Shown: piece after piece, positions 20,291 to 30,060 of the stretch | Layout of the letters: every line of letters begins with the position of its first letter | How positions within the stretch are numbered: position 1 is the first letter of the stretch | Source: an uncultured Chloroflexia bacterium | Lineage (GTDB): Bacteria; Chloroflexota; Limnocylindria; Limnocylindrales; CSP1-4 | Length of the DNA stretch: 64,000 bases | Assembly: GCA_963828165.1 (NCBI GenBank) | Contig: CAWHDR010000005.1 | Location: forward strand, 160,001-224,000 | Reading direction: 5' to 3' | Position numbers and translations under genes: made by a program | The notes under the pieces: model-generated | The model's input: only the letters and a program-made list of their open reading frames with translations | Databases searched by the model: none | Told to the model about the DNA's origin: nothing

Positions 20291-21385
20291 CTAGTCGTTG
20301 TAGAGGCGTTCCTCGATGAGCTTCTCCTGGACCGTTCGACCGTTCGGGTCGAAGCAGGAGAACTCGAAGTGCTTCTCGAACTCGAGGTCCACGTTGTCCT
20401 GGCCGCCACGGTTCTTCTCGACCGAGAGGATCACCCAGTCGCGGAAGCGCTGCGCCTGGTACGGGTTGAACTCGATGTTCACCTTGGCGACGATGTGGTA
20501 CTTCTCGTTCATGATCAGGATGATGTCGGCTTCGTAGTTGATGGCCGACGAGCCGCGCAGGTGGAAGTTGCGCAGGCGCGAGGCCTTGAGGCCTTCCTTG
20601 TCCGCGGCCACGATCGCGACCATCGGCACTTCCTCGGACAGCGCGATGTCCTTGAGGCCGTTGACGATGTAGGTGACCTTCTCCGACTCGTTCTCGGGCT
20701 CGGGGATCTGGGGCACCTTCTGCATGTAGTCGACGAAGACCACGAGGCGTCGCTCACCCGACAGCTCACGGTGCTGCTGCACGAGCTTGCGGATGTTGTC
20801 GATCGTGCTGGCCGTCTGCGAGCCCCGCAGGAGGTACAGGTTCTGGCCGTAGCGCGCGATGCGATCGAGCGACGGGCGCAGCCGCGGGTTGTTGGCGAGC
20901 TGCGGCGCGGGGCCCCCTTCGGCCATCCACGTCCCGAGGATCTCCTTGCGGACGTCCTGGATCTTGATCGCGCCGGTCTTGTGCGGCAGGTGGGCGAGGG
21001 CCGACTCCATGGCGATGAGTCGGTTCATGAGATAGGCCTCGTCGTGCTCGAAGCACAGGTAGAGCACGTTCGCCTGACCACCGGATGCGATATTGCGGGC
21101 CATCTGGAGTGCCATCGTCGTCTTGCCCGTGCCCTGGGCCCCGCCGATCAGCATCAGCTCCCCGGCGCGCAGGCCGAGACCGATCGTCTTGTCGAGCGGG
21201 GTGAAGCCCAGCGGGACCGGCTGGTACTCGGCGAGATGCCCGGTCGTGACCCGCTCGTTGAGATCGCCCAGGACGTCGAGCGCGGAGCGCGGCGTCATGC
21301 TGCCGTTCGCGGTGTCGAGATGCCAGTCACTCGTGGGAGACGGGACGCTGGCGGGTTCGGTCGAGGGTTCAGTCTTGATGGTCAC
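20291..21385 (-). CDS. Stand-alone DnaB-like helicase C-terminal (RecA-fold) ATPase
   Basis: GGAQGTGKT, FVDYMQ, LRGSSAINYEAD, EKNRGG; no DnaB N-terminal domain. Confidence 0.82.
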   Translation of the reverse strand: MTIKTEPSTEPASVPSPTSDWHLDTANGSMTPRSALDVLGDLNERVTTGHLAEYQPVPLGFTPLDKTIGLGLRAGELMLIGGAQGTGKTTMALQMARNIASGGQANVLYLCFEHDEAYLMNRLIAMESALAHLPHKTGAIKIQDVRKEILGTWMAEGGPAPQLANNPRLRPSLDRIARYGQNLYLLRGSQTASTIDNIRKLVQQHRELSGERRLVVFVDYMQKVPQIPEPENESEKVTYIVNGLKDIALSEEVPMVAIVAADKEGLKASRLRNFHLRGSSAINYEADIILIMNEKYHIVAKVNIEFNPYQAQRFRDWVILSVEKNRGGQDNVDLEFEKHFEFSCFDPNGRTVQEKLIEERLYND

Positions 21386-21497
21386 GCGGTGATGTCCTCC
21401 CCGAGAGGCATGCGTTCGAAGCCGCGGTGCGGCCGCCGTAGCGTAGCACCGGCGTCACTGGGACTCACCCACCCGGAAGTGCTATCCCGGACCCCGT

Positions 21498-22888
21498 TCA
21501 TTCGGTCGCGGCGATCTCGTCGAACGTGGCGACGATCGCCCGGATCGCGCCCTCGTAGTTGGCCAGGGACATCCATTCGTCCGGGGCGTGGGCGTTGTCG
21601 TCCGGCTGCGCGAAGCCCAGCAAGACGACCGGTAAGCCCAGGATCGATTCGAAGCTGGCGGTCACCGGGATCGACCCGCCCGCGCGGATGTAGACCGGCG
21701 CACGGCCGAACGTGGCCTCGAGCGCCCGCGCGGCAGCCCTGGTCATGGGATGGTCGAGGGGCGTCCGGCTGGGCGGCCCGCCGCCCAGATCCTGCACCGT
21801 GACCCGGACGCCGGGCGGCGCGATCTCGAGCACGAAGTCGCGGAACTTCTCGAAGATGTCGTGCGGCTCCTGCGCCGACACGAGCCGGCAGCTGACCTTG
21901 GCGTGGGCATGGGCGGGGATGATCGTCTTGGTGCCGTGCCCCTGGAACCCGCCCCAGATGCCGTTCACGTCGAGCGTGGGGCGCGTGGCGCGCCGCTCGA
22001 GCGTGGAGTAGCCGACCTCGCCGACCAGGTCCCCGAGGTGGCGGCGCTCCCGGTACTCGTCCTCGTCGAACGGAAGCTCGGCGATCTCGGCGTGCTCTTC
22101 GTCGGTGAGGGCCTCGACGGCGTCGTAGAAACCAGGGATCCGGATCCGGCCGTCCGGGCCCTTGAGCGCGGCGATGATCTGGGCCAAGGCGTTGGCCGGG
22201 TTCTGGACCGCCCCGCCGTAGCTGCCCGAGTGGAGGTCCACGGGCGATCCCACCACATCGAGCTGGGCATACATGAGGCCACGCAGGCTGACCGTGATCG
22301 CGGGGATGTTGCCCTCGAAGAACCCGGTATCACTGATGATCGCGACATCCGCCGTCAGCCGGTCGCGGTTCGCGGTGAGCCACGCGTCCAGGCCCTCGGA
22401 TCCACTCTCCTCGGCGCCCTCGAACACGTACTTGACGTTGATCGGGAAGCCGCCGCGCGTCGCCAGGACCGCGGCCGCCGCCATCGCGTGGGCGTGGATC
22501 TGGCCCTTGTCGTCTGCGGCGCCTCGCGCGAGCATCCGGCCATCGACGGCGGCCGGCTCGAACGGAGGCGACGTCCACAGGTCGAGCGGATCCACCGGCT
22601 GGACGTCGTAGTGCCCGTAGACGAGCGCGGTGGGCGCCCCTTCAGCGTGCAGCCAGTCGGCGTAGACGACTGGGTGGAACTCGTCTCCTCGACCGCGACG
22701 TTCTCGAGACCGGCCGTCCGGAGGGCATCCGCGAGCCACTCGGCGGCCCGGCGCACGTCTGGGGCGTGTTCCGGCAGCGCTGAGATGCTGGGGATCCGGA
22801 GGAACTCCTTATAGCTCTCCAGGCGGGCGTCCTGCGTCGCGTCCAGGTGCTGGTCGACGGAGAGGGGCGTGGCGGTTCGGTCGGGCAT
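21498..22888 (-). pseudogene. M20 family dipeptidase; 1-bp frameshift at ~22682 as sequenced
   Basis: N-part (FLRIPSISA..DVRRAAEWL) in ORF 22355-22888; remainder (YGHYDVQP, RGAADDKG, DLHSG, GGSIP, NAHAPDE) in ORF 21498-22739. Confidence 0.85.
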
Positions 22889-22940
22889 CGTCAGAGTCTA
22901 TCGAAGGTGCCTCTTCGCGGGCGGCTGGCCGAGAATCGAA

Positions 22941-22966
22941 ACGAGCGAGCCAGTCGGCTCGCTCGT
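22941..22966 (-). terminator. Probable terminator hairpin downstream of ftsH
   Basis: Perfect 11-bp stem ACGAGCGAGCC-N4-GGCTCGCTCGT; only a short U tract. Confidence 0.5.
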
Positions 22967-22992
22967 GCTCGAGATCTGGGAGTTGGCTTGGT

Positions 22993-24900
22993 TCAGGCCG
23001 GCTGCGGGTTCGGCTCCGGGATGGGCTGCCCTGGGCCGACGACGGCCGGGCTGCCGTGGCCATCGTCCTTGGGCGGCATGTCGGAGAACAACGCCTCGAA
23101 GCCCTCGCTGTCGACGGTCTCCTCCGCAACGAGCTTCTCGGCGAGGGCCACGAGCCGATCGCGGTGGGTCGTGAGGACCTCCGTCGCCCGCTCGTATGCC
23201 TTGTCGATGATCGCCCGGACCTCTTCGTCGATGACGCGTGCGACGTCGTCGCTGTAGTTGCGCTGCTCGCCGATCTCGCGGCCCAGGAACACCAGCTCGT
23301 CGCGCTTCCCGAAGGACAGCGGGCCGAGCTTGTCGCTCATGCCGAACTCGGTGACCATGCGCCGCGCGAGGTCGGTCGCTTTCTCGATGTCGTTGCTGGC
23401 GCCGGTCGTCGTGTCGCCGAAGATCATCCGCTCCGCGACGTTGCCGGCCAGCAGGCCCGCGATCTTGTCCTCGAACTCGGTCTTGGACTGGAGATACCGG
23501 TCTTCCCGGGGCAGGGCCATCGTGTAGCCGAGGGCCATGCCGCGACTGATGATGGTGACCTTGGCGACCGGGTCGCACTTGGGCAGGATCCGCTGGACGA
23601 CCGCGTGACCACCTTCGTGGTAGGCGATGATCGCCTTCTCCGCGTCCGAGATGACCCGCGACTTGCGCTCCGGGCCGGCGATGATCCGCTCCAGCGCCTC
23701 CTGGAACTCGGACATGCCGATGACCTTCTTGTTGCGGCGAGCCGACAGGATGGCGGCCTCGTTGACGAGGTTCGCGAGGTCGGCGCCGGAGAAGCCCGGC
23801 GACTGGCGCGCGACGCCTTCGACATCGACGCCCTTGTCGAGCGGCTTGCCCTTGGTATGGACGCGCAGGATCTCGGTCCGGCCACGGATGTCGGGGCGGT
23901 CGAGGATGACCTGGCGGTCGAAGCGGCCCGGGCGCAGGAGGGCTGGGTCCAGGACGTCCGGCCGGTTCGTGGCGGCGACGACGATCACGTTCGTGTTCGT
24001 GTCGAAGCCGTCCATCTCGACCAGGATCTGGTTGAGGGTCTGCTCGCGCTCGTCGTGCGAGCCGCCCAGACCGGCGCCACGCTGGCGGCCGACCGCGTCG
24101 ATCTCGTCGACGAAGACGATGCACGGCGAGTTGCGCTTGGCCTGGTCGAACAGGTCGCGCACGCGGCTCGCGCCGACGCCGACGAACATCTCGACGAACT
24201 CAGAGCCGGAGATGCTGAAGAACGGCACGCCGGCCTCACCCGCGACGGCGCGAGCCATCAGGGTCTTGCCGGTGCCGGGGGGCCCGACGAGCAGCACACC
24301 ACGCGGGATGCGCGCGCCCAGGGAGTTGAACTTCTCCGGGAACTTCAGGAACTCCACGACCTCCTGGAGCTCCGTCTTGGCCTCGTCGACGCCCGCCACA
24401 TCGGCGAACGTGACGACAGTCTTGTTGCCGAGGAACATGCGCGCCCGGCTCTTGCCGAAGCTGAGGGCTTGATTGTTGGTGCCCTGCGCCTGTCTCATCA
24501 TGAAGAAGATGAAGCCGCCGATGATGAGCAGCGGCAGGACCGCCGTCAGCAAGAGGCCGAGCCACGACGTGTCTGGCGCGGGGGTCGCCTTGAAGATGTC
24601 GGGGCTCAGGGTCAGGTTCGTGCCCTCGGCCGCCTTCTGCATGTCGCCCCACACGTCGGTCAGGATCGTGGGAACGGTGACGGTATAGGTCTGGGCCGTG
24701 GAGCCGGTCTTCTTGACCGTCAGGGTCGTGCCCTGCTGGGTGACCTCCGCGACCTCGTTAGCGGCGACATCGCCAAGGAATTTGGAGTAGCCGGTGGTGA
24801 CGGGCTGCGAGCTGGACGTGATCCACGTGAACAGCAGCGCAGCCGTCCCGACGACGAGGACCAGCATCACGATGCCGTTCCGGAAGAACTTCGGGTTCAA
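22993..24900 (-). CDS. ftsH: ATP-dependent zinc metalloprotease FtsH
   Basis: Two TM helices, [40 protein letters not shown]. Confidence 0.97.
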   Translation of the reverse strand: MNPKFFRNGIVMLVLVVGTAALLFTWITSSSQPVTTGYSKFLGDVAANEVAEVTQQGTTLTVKKTGSTAQTYTVTVPTILTDVWGDMQKAAEGTNLTLSPDIFKATPAPDTSWLGLLLTAVLPLLIIGGFIFFMMRQAQGTNNQALSFGKSRARMFLGNKTVVTFADVAGVDEAKTELQEVVEFLKFPEKFNSLGARIPRGVLLVGPPGTGKTLMARAVAGEAGVPFFSISGSEFVEMFVGVGASRVRDLFDQAKRNSPCIVFVDEIDAVGRQRGAGLGGSHDEREQTLNQILVEMDGFDTNTNVIVVAATNRPDVLDPALLRPGRFDRQVILDRPDIRGRTEILRVHTKGKPLDKGVDVEGVARQSPGFSGADLANLVNEAAILSARRNKKVIGMSEFQEALERIIAGPERKSRVISDAEKAIIAYHEGGHAVVQRILPKCDPVAKVTIISRGMALGYTMALPREDRYLQSKTEFEDKIAGLLAGNVAERMIFGDTTTGASNDIEKATDLARRMVTEFGMSDKLGPLSFGKRDELVFLGREIGEQRNYSDDVARVIDEEVRAIIDKAYERATEVLTTHRDRLVALAEKLVAEETVDSEGFEALFSDMPPKDDGHGSPAVVGPGQPIPEPNPQPA

Positions 24901-25103
24901 GAGGGGGGCCTCCGGGTGTGAGTGGGGCGACGATCGAGCGTCGCTCCGTGGGGCGAGTATAGCGTCGGACCCGAACCGGGCCCCCTGACGGATGTCCGGC
25001 CGTCAATCAACCCTACGGACGGATAGCAGGCGCGGATGGCGACGCCGTCGAGCGTGAAGAAAACGAAATGACCCGTCGATCGCCGGTGAGGGATGTCGTG
25101 GGT

Positions 25104-25178
25104 TGGTAGCGGAGGGCGGATTCGAACCACCGACCAAGGGCTTATGAGTCCCCTGCTCTACCACTGAGCTACTCCGCC
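25104..25178 (-). tRNA. tRNA-Met (CAT), elongator type, CCA encoded
   Basis: GGCGGAGTAGCTCAGTGGTAGAGCAGGGGACTCATAAGCCCTTGGTCGGTGGTTCGAATCCGCCCTCCGCTACCA folds as a cloverleaf; G2-C71 and C3-G70 favour Met. Confidence 0.95.
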
Positions 25179-25188
25179 GCTGCTATCA

Positions 25189-25217
25189 AGCTTATCGAGC
25201 GTGATGCGGGGCGGCAA
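25189..25217 (-). promoter_or_regulatory. Sigma70-type promoter of the intact tRNA-Met
   Basis: TTGCCG-N17-TAAGCT ending 10 nt upstream of G1; homologous to the promoters at 32059 and 33498. Confidence 0.65.
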
Positions 25218-25415
25218 ACGCCGAGAAACGGTGGCCGCGGCGACCGGCGAGTGGTCATCGCGGAAAGAGGCCGGAAATAGGATCGACCGTCTTGACGGCC
25301 GACCGCCCTGTCAAGCACCCACCGCTTCGGTGGACGTGATGGGCTAAGGTTCTGGCCTATTGCCCTTGCCTCGTCCTGGTCGACCGTCACTGCGGGACTG
25401 CCCGGAGGTTGGAGA

Positions 25416-25814
25416 TTGGCACCGCGGGTTCTCATCGCCGACGACGAGCGGCACATCCGGACGCTCATCGAGCAGTCGCTCGAGGAGCTCGAGGATGAAG
25501 GGGTCGAGCTCCTCACCGCATCCGACGGGGCGGAGGCCCTCGCGGAGGCTGCGCGGCATCGGCCTGAGCTGATCTTCCTCGACATCATGATGCCGAACCA
25601 GAACGGCTTCGAAGTCTGCCGGGCGATCAAGCAGGAGCTCGGCCTCCGCGACAGCGTCGTCGTGATGCTCACCGCCAAGGGGCAGGCCTACGATCGCGAG
25701 CAGGGACTCCTCGCCGGAGCCGATCAGTACATCACGAAGCCGTTCGACCCTGACGAGCTTCTCGAGATTGCGCGAGCCGTTCTCGACCTCCCCGAGGGAG
25801 CATCACGGATATGA
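25416..25814 (+). CDS. Single-domain response regulator (receiver)
   Basis: VLIADDE, FLDIMMP, MLTAKG, KPF. Confidence 0.9.
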   Translation: MAPRVLIADDERHIRTLIEQSLEELEDEGVELLTASDGAEALAEAARHRPELIFLDIMMPNQNGFEVCRAIKQELGLRDSVVVMLTAKGQAYDREQGLLAGADQYITKPFDPDELLEIARAVLDLPEGASRI

Positions 25815-26869
25815 AGCGCCCGCTGGTCGCGAGCCGCAGCCTTCCCCTCCTCGCCGTCGTCATCCTCTCGGCCTGCTCCGCCGTCGGCGCTCCGGGCCCG
25901 ACGGCCTCGGAGGCCATCAAGGTCGCCGTGATGATCGACTCTGGGAGCGAACGGGACAAATCGTTCAACGAGTACACCCTGCGGGGCGCTCGTGAGGCTG
26001 CCGAGGAGCTGGGCTTCGAGTTCGCCTACGTGACCCCGCAGTCCGCGACGGACTACGCGGATACGCTCGAGAGCATGATCCTCGCCGAGGATCCGGACCT
26101 GGTCGTCACCGTCGGGTTTCGGATGGGCGAGGCGACAGCTCTCGCGGCGCGGGCTCATCCCGACCTCCGGTTCGCCATCGTGGACAACGAATACCAGCCG
26201 GGACTGGGGTGTCCCGAGACCGCCGCGGACTGCTATGCGGACGGCGGGCTGTCGACGGTCACCAGCCTGATGTTCGCCGAGGACGAGGTGGCCTACCTCG
26301 CCGGCACGCTGGCTGGCTGCATGACCGAGACCGGGACGGTGGCGACTGTGGCCGGGGTGGAGATCCCGCCGGTCGTGCGACTGCTCACCGGCTTCGAGAG
26401 CGGCGCCCGCTCGGTACGACCAGACGTCGTGACGCTTCACGAGTACATCCCGGACTTCAACGATCCGGACACGGGCAAGGCGGTCGCCCAGGGCTTCATA
26501 CGCCAGAACGCCGACGTGATCTTCGGCGCGGGCGGCAACACCGGGAACGGGGGCCTGTTGGCGGCCAAGGAGGCCGGCGTGATGGCGGTCGGCGTGGACG
26601 TGGACCAGTACCACACCTACCCGGAGGTGCGCGAGGTCCTGCTCACATCCGCCGCGAAGAACATGGACGTGGCGGCCGCCACCGCCGTGCGCGACTTCGC
26701 CGCCGGCCGACTGGAGGCGGGTATCCGCCTTTCGACCCTCGCGAATGGAGGCATCAGCCTCGCGCCGTACCACGACTGGGAGGACCGCATCCCCCAGGAT
26801 TGCAAGGACATGGTCATAGAGGCCGAGGCCGCGGTGAAGGCCGACCCGACGATCACCGGCGGCAAATGA
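25811..26869 (+). CDS. BMP/PnrA-family substrate-binding lipoprotein
   Basis: Lipobox LSAC, DKSFN, FAEDEVAYLAG, ADVIFGAGGNTG, VGVDVDQ, LTSAAKNMD. Confidence 0.9.
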   Translation: MKRPLVASRSLPLLAVVILSACSAVGAPGPTASEAIKVAVMIDSGSERDKSFNEYTLRGAREAAEELGFEFAYVTPQSATDYADTLESMILAEDPDLVVTVGFRMGEATALAARAHPDLRFAIVDNEYQPGLGCPETAADCYADGGLSTVTSLMFAEDEVAYLAGTLAGCMTETGTVATVAGVEIPPVVRLLTGFESGARSVRPDVVTLHEYIPDFNDPDTGKAVAQGFIRQNADVIFGAGGNTGNGGLLAAKEAGVMAVGVDVDQYHTYPEVREVLLTSAAKNMDVAAATAVRDFAAGRLEAGIRLSTLANGGISLAPYHDWEDRIPQDCKDMVIEAEAAVKADPTITGGK

Positions 26870-29800
26870 GCGGAGCCTCGCCACCACCGCCACCGGGCGC
26901 GATCCCGGCGGCGGGCGACGGAGTGCCGCCACGCGATCCGATGGGCCCGTTCGTCGTCGTTGGATCATTGGCCGTCGCGGTGGCCACGGTCTGGATGGGG
27001 CTCGCCCTGGTCGGCTCACTCGAGACAGGACAGAGCCAGTACGCCGCGCTGGCCGCGATCACGGCGACCATACTTGCCACCAACCTGGCCGCCCTGCTTC
27101 TCGCGCGTCGCCAGGACCGAGCCGGACCGGCGATCTGGCTGATTGCCGTCAGCCAGCTGGTCGGGGCGGTCGCGGTCTCATTCGTCGTCGCCGACGTGTG
27201 GCTCCTCGGCCTGTTCCTCCTGGCGATCGTGCCCCTCGAGATCGCCACCGCCGACCGACCGCAACGCATCCCCCTGGCAACAATTCTCGCCCTGTTGGGA
27301 GCGGCGAGCCTGGTGGGCGTCGAGCTGCTCGATCCCCCTGGCCGACTGCCCCTATTCGCCGAAGAACCGGGGGTCATGGCACTCCCTGCTGTGGTCCTGA
27401 TCGCCCACAGCGCCAGCCTCGCCTTCCTCTTCTGGCGACTGCGCCTGAGAGGCGACGCGCCCCACCATGTCCGACTCGACCTGGCGACACAGCTTCCGCT
27501 CGTGCTGACCGGCATCTCGGTCGTGTCGATCCTCCTGGTCTTCGGAGTCCTGATGTTCCAGATCCGCGATTTACAGATCGGGGAGGTCGAGCGGACGTTC
27601 CAGACCCTTGCCGACATCCAGGCCGAGCGCGTGGGGAACGCGCTCGATGAGCAGATTCAGATCCTGATCTCGCTGGGCAGGCGAAGTGCTGTCCTCTTGG
27701 ACGCGCTCGTCGCGGCGAACGCCGTATACCCGGATGCGGAGGCCGACCGGCAAGCCCTGCTCGCGGAGCGCCAGCGACAGTGGCAGTCGGAGCCGGACAC
27801 CAGCGAGTTCGTCCTGCGCTACCGAAACAGTCCGGAGGCCCTCGAGCTGAGCCGGTTCCGTGGGGAGGATCTGCTGCACAACAACGTCCTCCTCACCGAC
27901 CGCGAGGGAGGCCTCGTGGCTGCTCAGGGTGAGAAGCCATCGCGGTTCTCCTTCCAGGACCAGGGGTGGTGGCGAGCCGCCTGGGACGACGCGCAGGGCA
28001 GCGTCTACCTAGGCGACCTCAACCTGAACATCGAGGCCGGTACGGCCTCGATGTTCATCGCGGTCGGCGTGCTCAATCCGCAGACGAACGAGACGATCGG
28101 CGTGCTCTTCTCGCGCTATGACCTGAGCGGGGTCCAGCGTGACATCGCGATCGCCAACGACCAGCTCGACGCGGCCGTGCACCTGCTGTCTTCGGATGCG
28201 CTCCTGATCGCCGGACCCAACCCGGAGGCGGTCGGCCTGCCCGCTGCGATCGAGCTCCCCCAGGACGGAACGGGGGCGACCGATCCCGAGCCGACATCGG
28301 ACGTCGTGGCTCGGGCACCGCTGACGACGACCGGCGTGGTCCATCGGGATGCCCTGCGGACGCTGGGATGGCGGATCTCCGTCAGCGACTCTCAGGAGAA
28401 TGCATTGGCCGAGGTGACCCGCTCGACCGAAGTGGCGGCCCTCGTGGGGCTGCTCGCAATCGCGCTCGGAGTGATGGCCGCCACCGCCGCCGCGCGCCCG
28501 ATCACCCGACCGATCGAGGCCCTCACCGCGACCGCGTCGGCCATCGCAGCGGGCGACCTCGACCAGCGGGCCAGCCCGGCGGGCCCGGTCGAGCTGACGA
28601 CCCTCGCCGAAGCGTTCAATACGCTGACGGCTCGTCTGCGGTCCCTGATCAGCGGCCTGCAGGACGAGGTCGCGCAGCGAACGAGCCAGCTCCAGGCGCG
28701 CGTGGAGCAGCTCGCTTCCCTCAACCGGATCACCCAGACCGTCTCCTCGGTGCACGACCTCAAGACCGCTCCGCCGGTGGTTGCGAAAGAGCTCGTCGAG
28801 TTGTTTGACGCTCAATACAGCGGCATCGCTCTGCTGGACGGCATCCCGCTGCTGGACGGCAATCGAGCCGCGCTCAGCGTCGTCGCGGAGTACGTCCGAC
28901 CCGGCACGACAGCGGACGCCGGCGCGCTGACCCGGCTCATCACGGACAATGCCCTGTCGACACACTCGATCACAACAGGACGCTCGTTTGTCGTTGCCAC
29001 GCACGTGGACCCCCTCGCCGCCCCAGTCCGGGATCTTCTCGCGGAGCTGGGGACCACGTCGCTCATGGTTGTCCCGCTCCTCTCCCGCGGAGCGGTCATC
29101 GGTATCCTTGCCATTGCCGCGGACTCGGCTGACCGCGAGTTCACGGCGAACGAGGTGGCGCTTGCCGAGACGGTGGCCGGCCAGATCGCAAGTGCCGTCG
29201 AGAACTCGCGCTTGTTTGCCGAGATGCAGGACGCTAAGGAGGCGGCGGTCGCCGCGAACGAGGCCAAGAGCGTCTTCCTCACGAACGTCAGCCACGAGCT
29301 TCGGACGCCGCTCACCTCGGTCGTCGGGTTCGCGAAGATCATCCGCAAGCGGCTCGAGGAGCGAGTGTTCCCGCTGATCGAGGACGACGATCGTGGTGCG
29401 GGCCGCGCGGTCGAGCAAATTCGGGCCAACGTGGACATCATCGTCGCCGAGGCCGAGCGACTGACGACGCTCATCAACAACGTCCTTGACCTTGCCAAGA
29501 TCGAGGCGGGCAAGGTGGATTGGCAGATGGAGCCGGTCCGTGCGAACACGATCGTCGATCGCGCCATCGCGGCCACCGGACCGCTCTTCGAGGAGAAGGG
29601 ACTTCGCCTCGTGCGCGAAGTCGCCGATGACGTCCCGGAGGTCATCGGCGATCGGGACAGCCTGATCCAGGTGGTGATCAACCTGCTGTCCAACGCCGTG
29701 AAGTTCACGAGCGAGGGGATCGTGACCTGTCGGGTCCGGAGGCATGACGCGGAAGTGGTCATCAGCGTGACGGACACCGGCGCGGGGATCGCGGAGGCCG

Positions 29801-30060
29801 ACCAGCCGCGGGTCTTCGAACAGTTCGCGCAGGTAGGTGACACGCTCACGGGTAAGCCGTACGGTACGGGTCTCGGGTTGCCCATCTGCAAGCAGATCGT
29901 CGAACGCCACGGTGGCCGCATCTGGGTCGAGAGCAACCTCGAGGCCGGCAGCACCTTCTCGTTCACCCTCCCGATCCCCAAGCACGGAGAAGACGAGTTC
30001 GAGCCGGGCGCCGAAGGTAAGGCGCCACCGCCAGTCGCTCGCGCGGCGCGGCTTCGATGA
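26866..30060 (+). CDS. Multi-TM sensor histidine kinase (TM bundle, Cache-like, HAMP, GAF, HisKA, HATPase)
   Basis: ATG at 26866 overlaps the BMP stop; SHELRTPL, NLLSNAVKF, DTGAGI, GTGLGL; HAMP ITRPIEALT. Confidence 0.92.
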   Translation: MSGASPPPPPGAIPAAGDGVPPRDPMGPFVVVGSLAVAVATVWMGLALVGSLETGQSQYAALAAITATILATNLAALLLARRQDRAGPAIWLIAVSQLVGAVAVSFVVADVWLLGLFLLAIVPLEIATADRPQRIPLATILALLGAASLVGVELLDPPGRLPLFAEEPGVMALPAVVLIAHSASLAFLFWRLRLRGDAPHHVRLDLATQLPLVLTGISVVSILLVFGVLMFQIRDLQIGEVERTFQTLADIQAERVGNALDEQIQILISLGRRSAVLLDALVAANAVYPDAEADRQALLAERQRQWQSEPDTSEFVLRYRNSPEALELSRFRGEDLLHNNVLLTDREGGLVAAQGEKPSRFSFQDQGWWRAAWDDAQGSVYLGDLNLNIEAGTASMFIAVGVLNPQTNETIGVLFSRYDLSGVQRDIAIANDQLDAAVHLLSSDALLIAGPNPEAVGLPAAIELPQDGTGATDPEPTSDVVARAPLTTTGVVHRDALRTLGWRISVSDSQENALAEVTRSTEVAALVGLLAIALGVMAATAAARPITRPIEALTATASAIAAGDLDQRASPAGPVELTTLAEAFNTLTARLRSLISGLQDEVAQRTSQLQARVEQLASLNRITQTVSSVHDLKTAPPVVAKELVELFDAQYSGIALLDGIPLLDGNRAALSVVAEYVRPGTTADAGALTRLITDNALSTHSITTGRSFVVATHVDPLAAPVRDLLAELGTTSLMVVPLLSRGAVIGILAIAADSADREFTANEVALAETVAGQIASAVENSRLFAEMQDAKEAAVAANEAKSVFLTNVSHELRTPLTSVVGFAKIIRKRLEERVFPLIEDDDRGAGRAVEQIRANVDIIVAEAERLTTLINNVLDLAKIEAGKVDWQMEPVRANTIVDRAIAATGPLFEEKGLRLVREVADDVPEVIGDRDSLIQVVINLLSNAVKFTSEGIVTCRVRRHDAEVVISVTDTGAGIAEADQPRVFEQFAQVGDTLTGKPYGTGLGLPICKQIVERHGGRIWVESNLEAGSTFSFTLPIPKHGEDEFEPGAEGKAPPPVARAARLR

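Noticed and set aside
20291-21385. Prophage or plasmid replication module
   Set aside because: Flanked by ppa and a peptidase; no phage or plasmid genes nearby
25104-25178. tRNA-Ile2 or initiator tRNA-fMet
   Set aside because: Starts with G1 (no C1:A72 mismatch); G2-C71 and C3-G70 fit elongator Met better. Ile2 cannot be fully excluded without a covariance model
28821-28860. Imperfect 18-bp tandem duplication in the kinase GAF region (GIALLDGIPLLDG)
   Set aside because: In-frame micro-duplication with no evident functional significance
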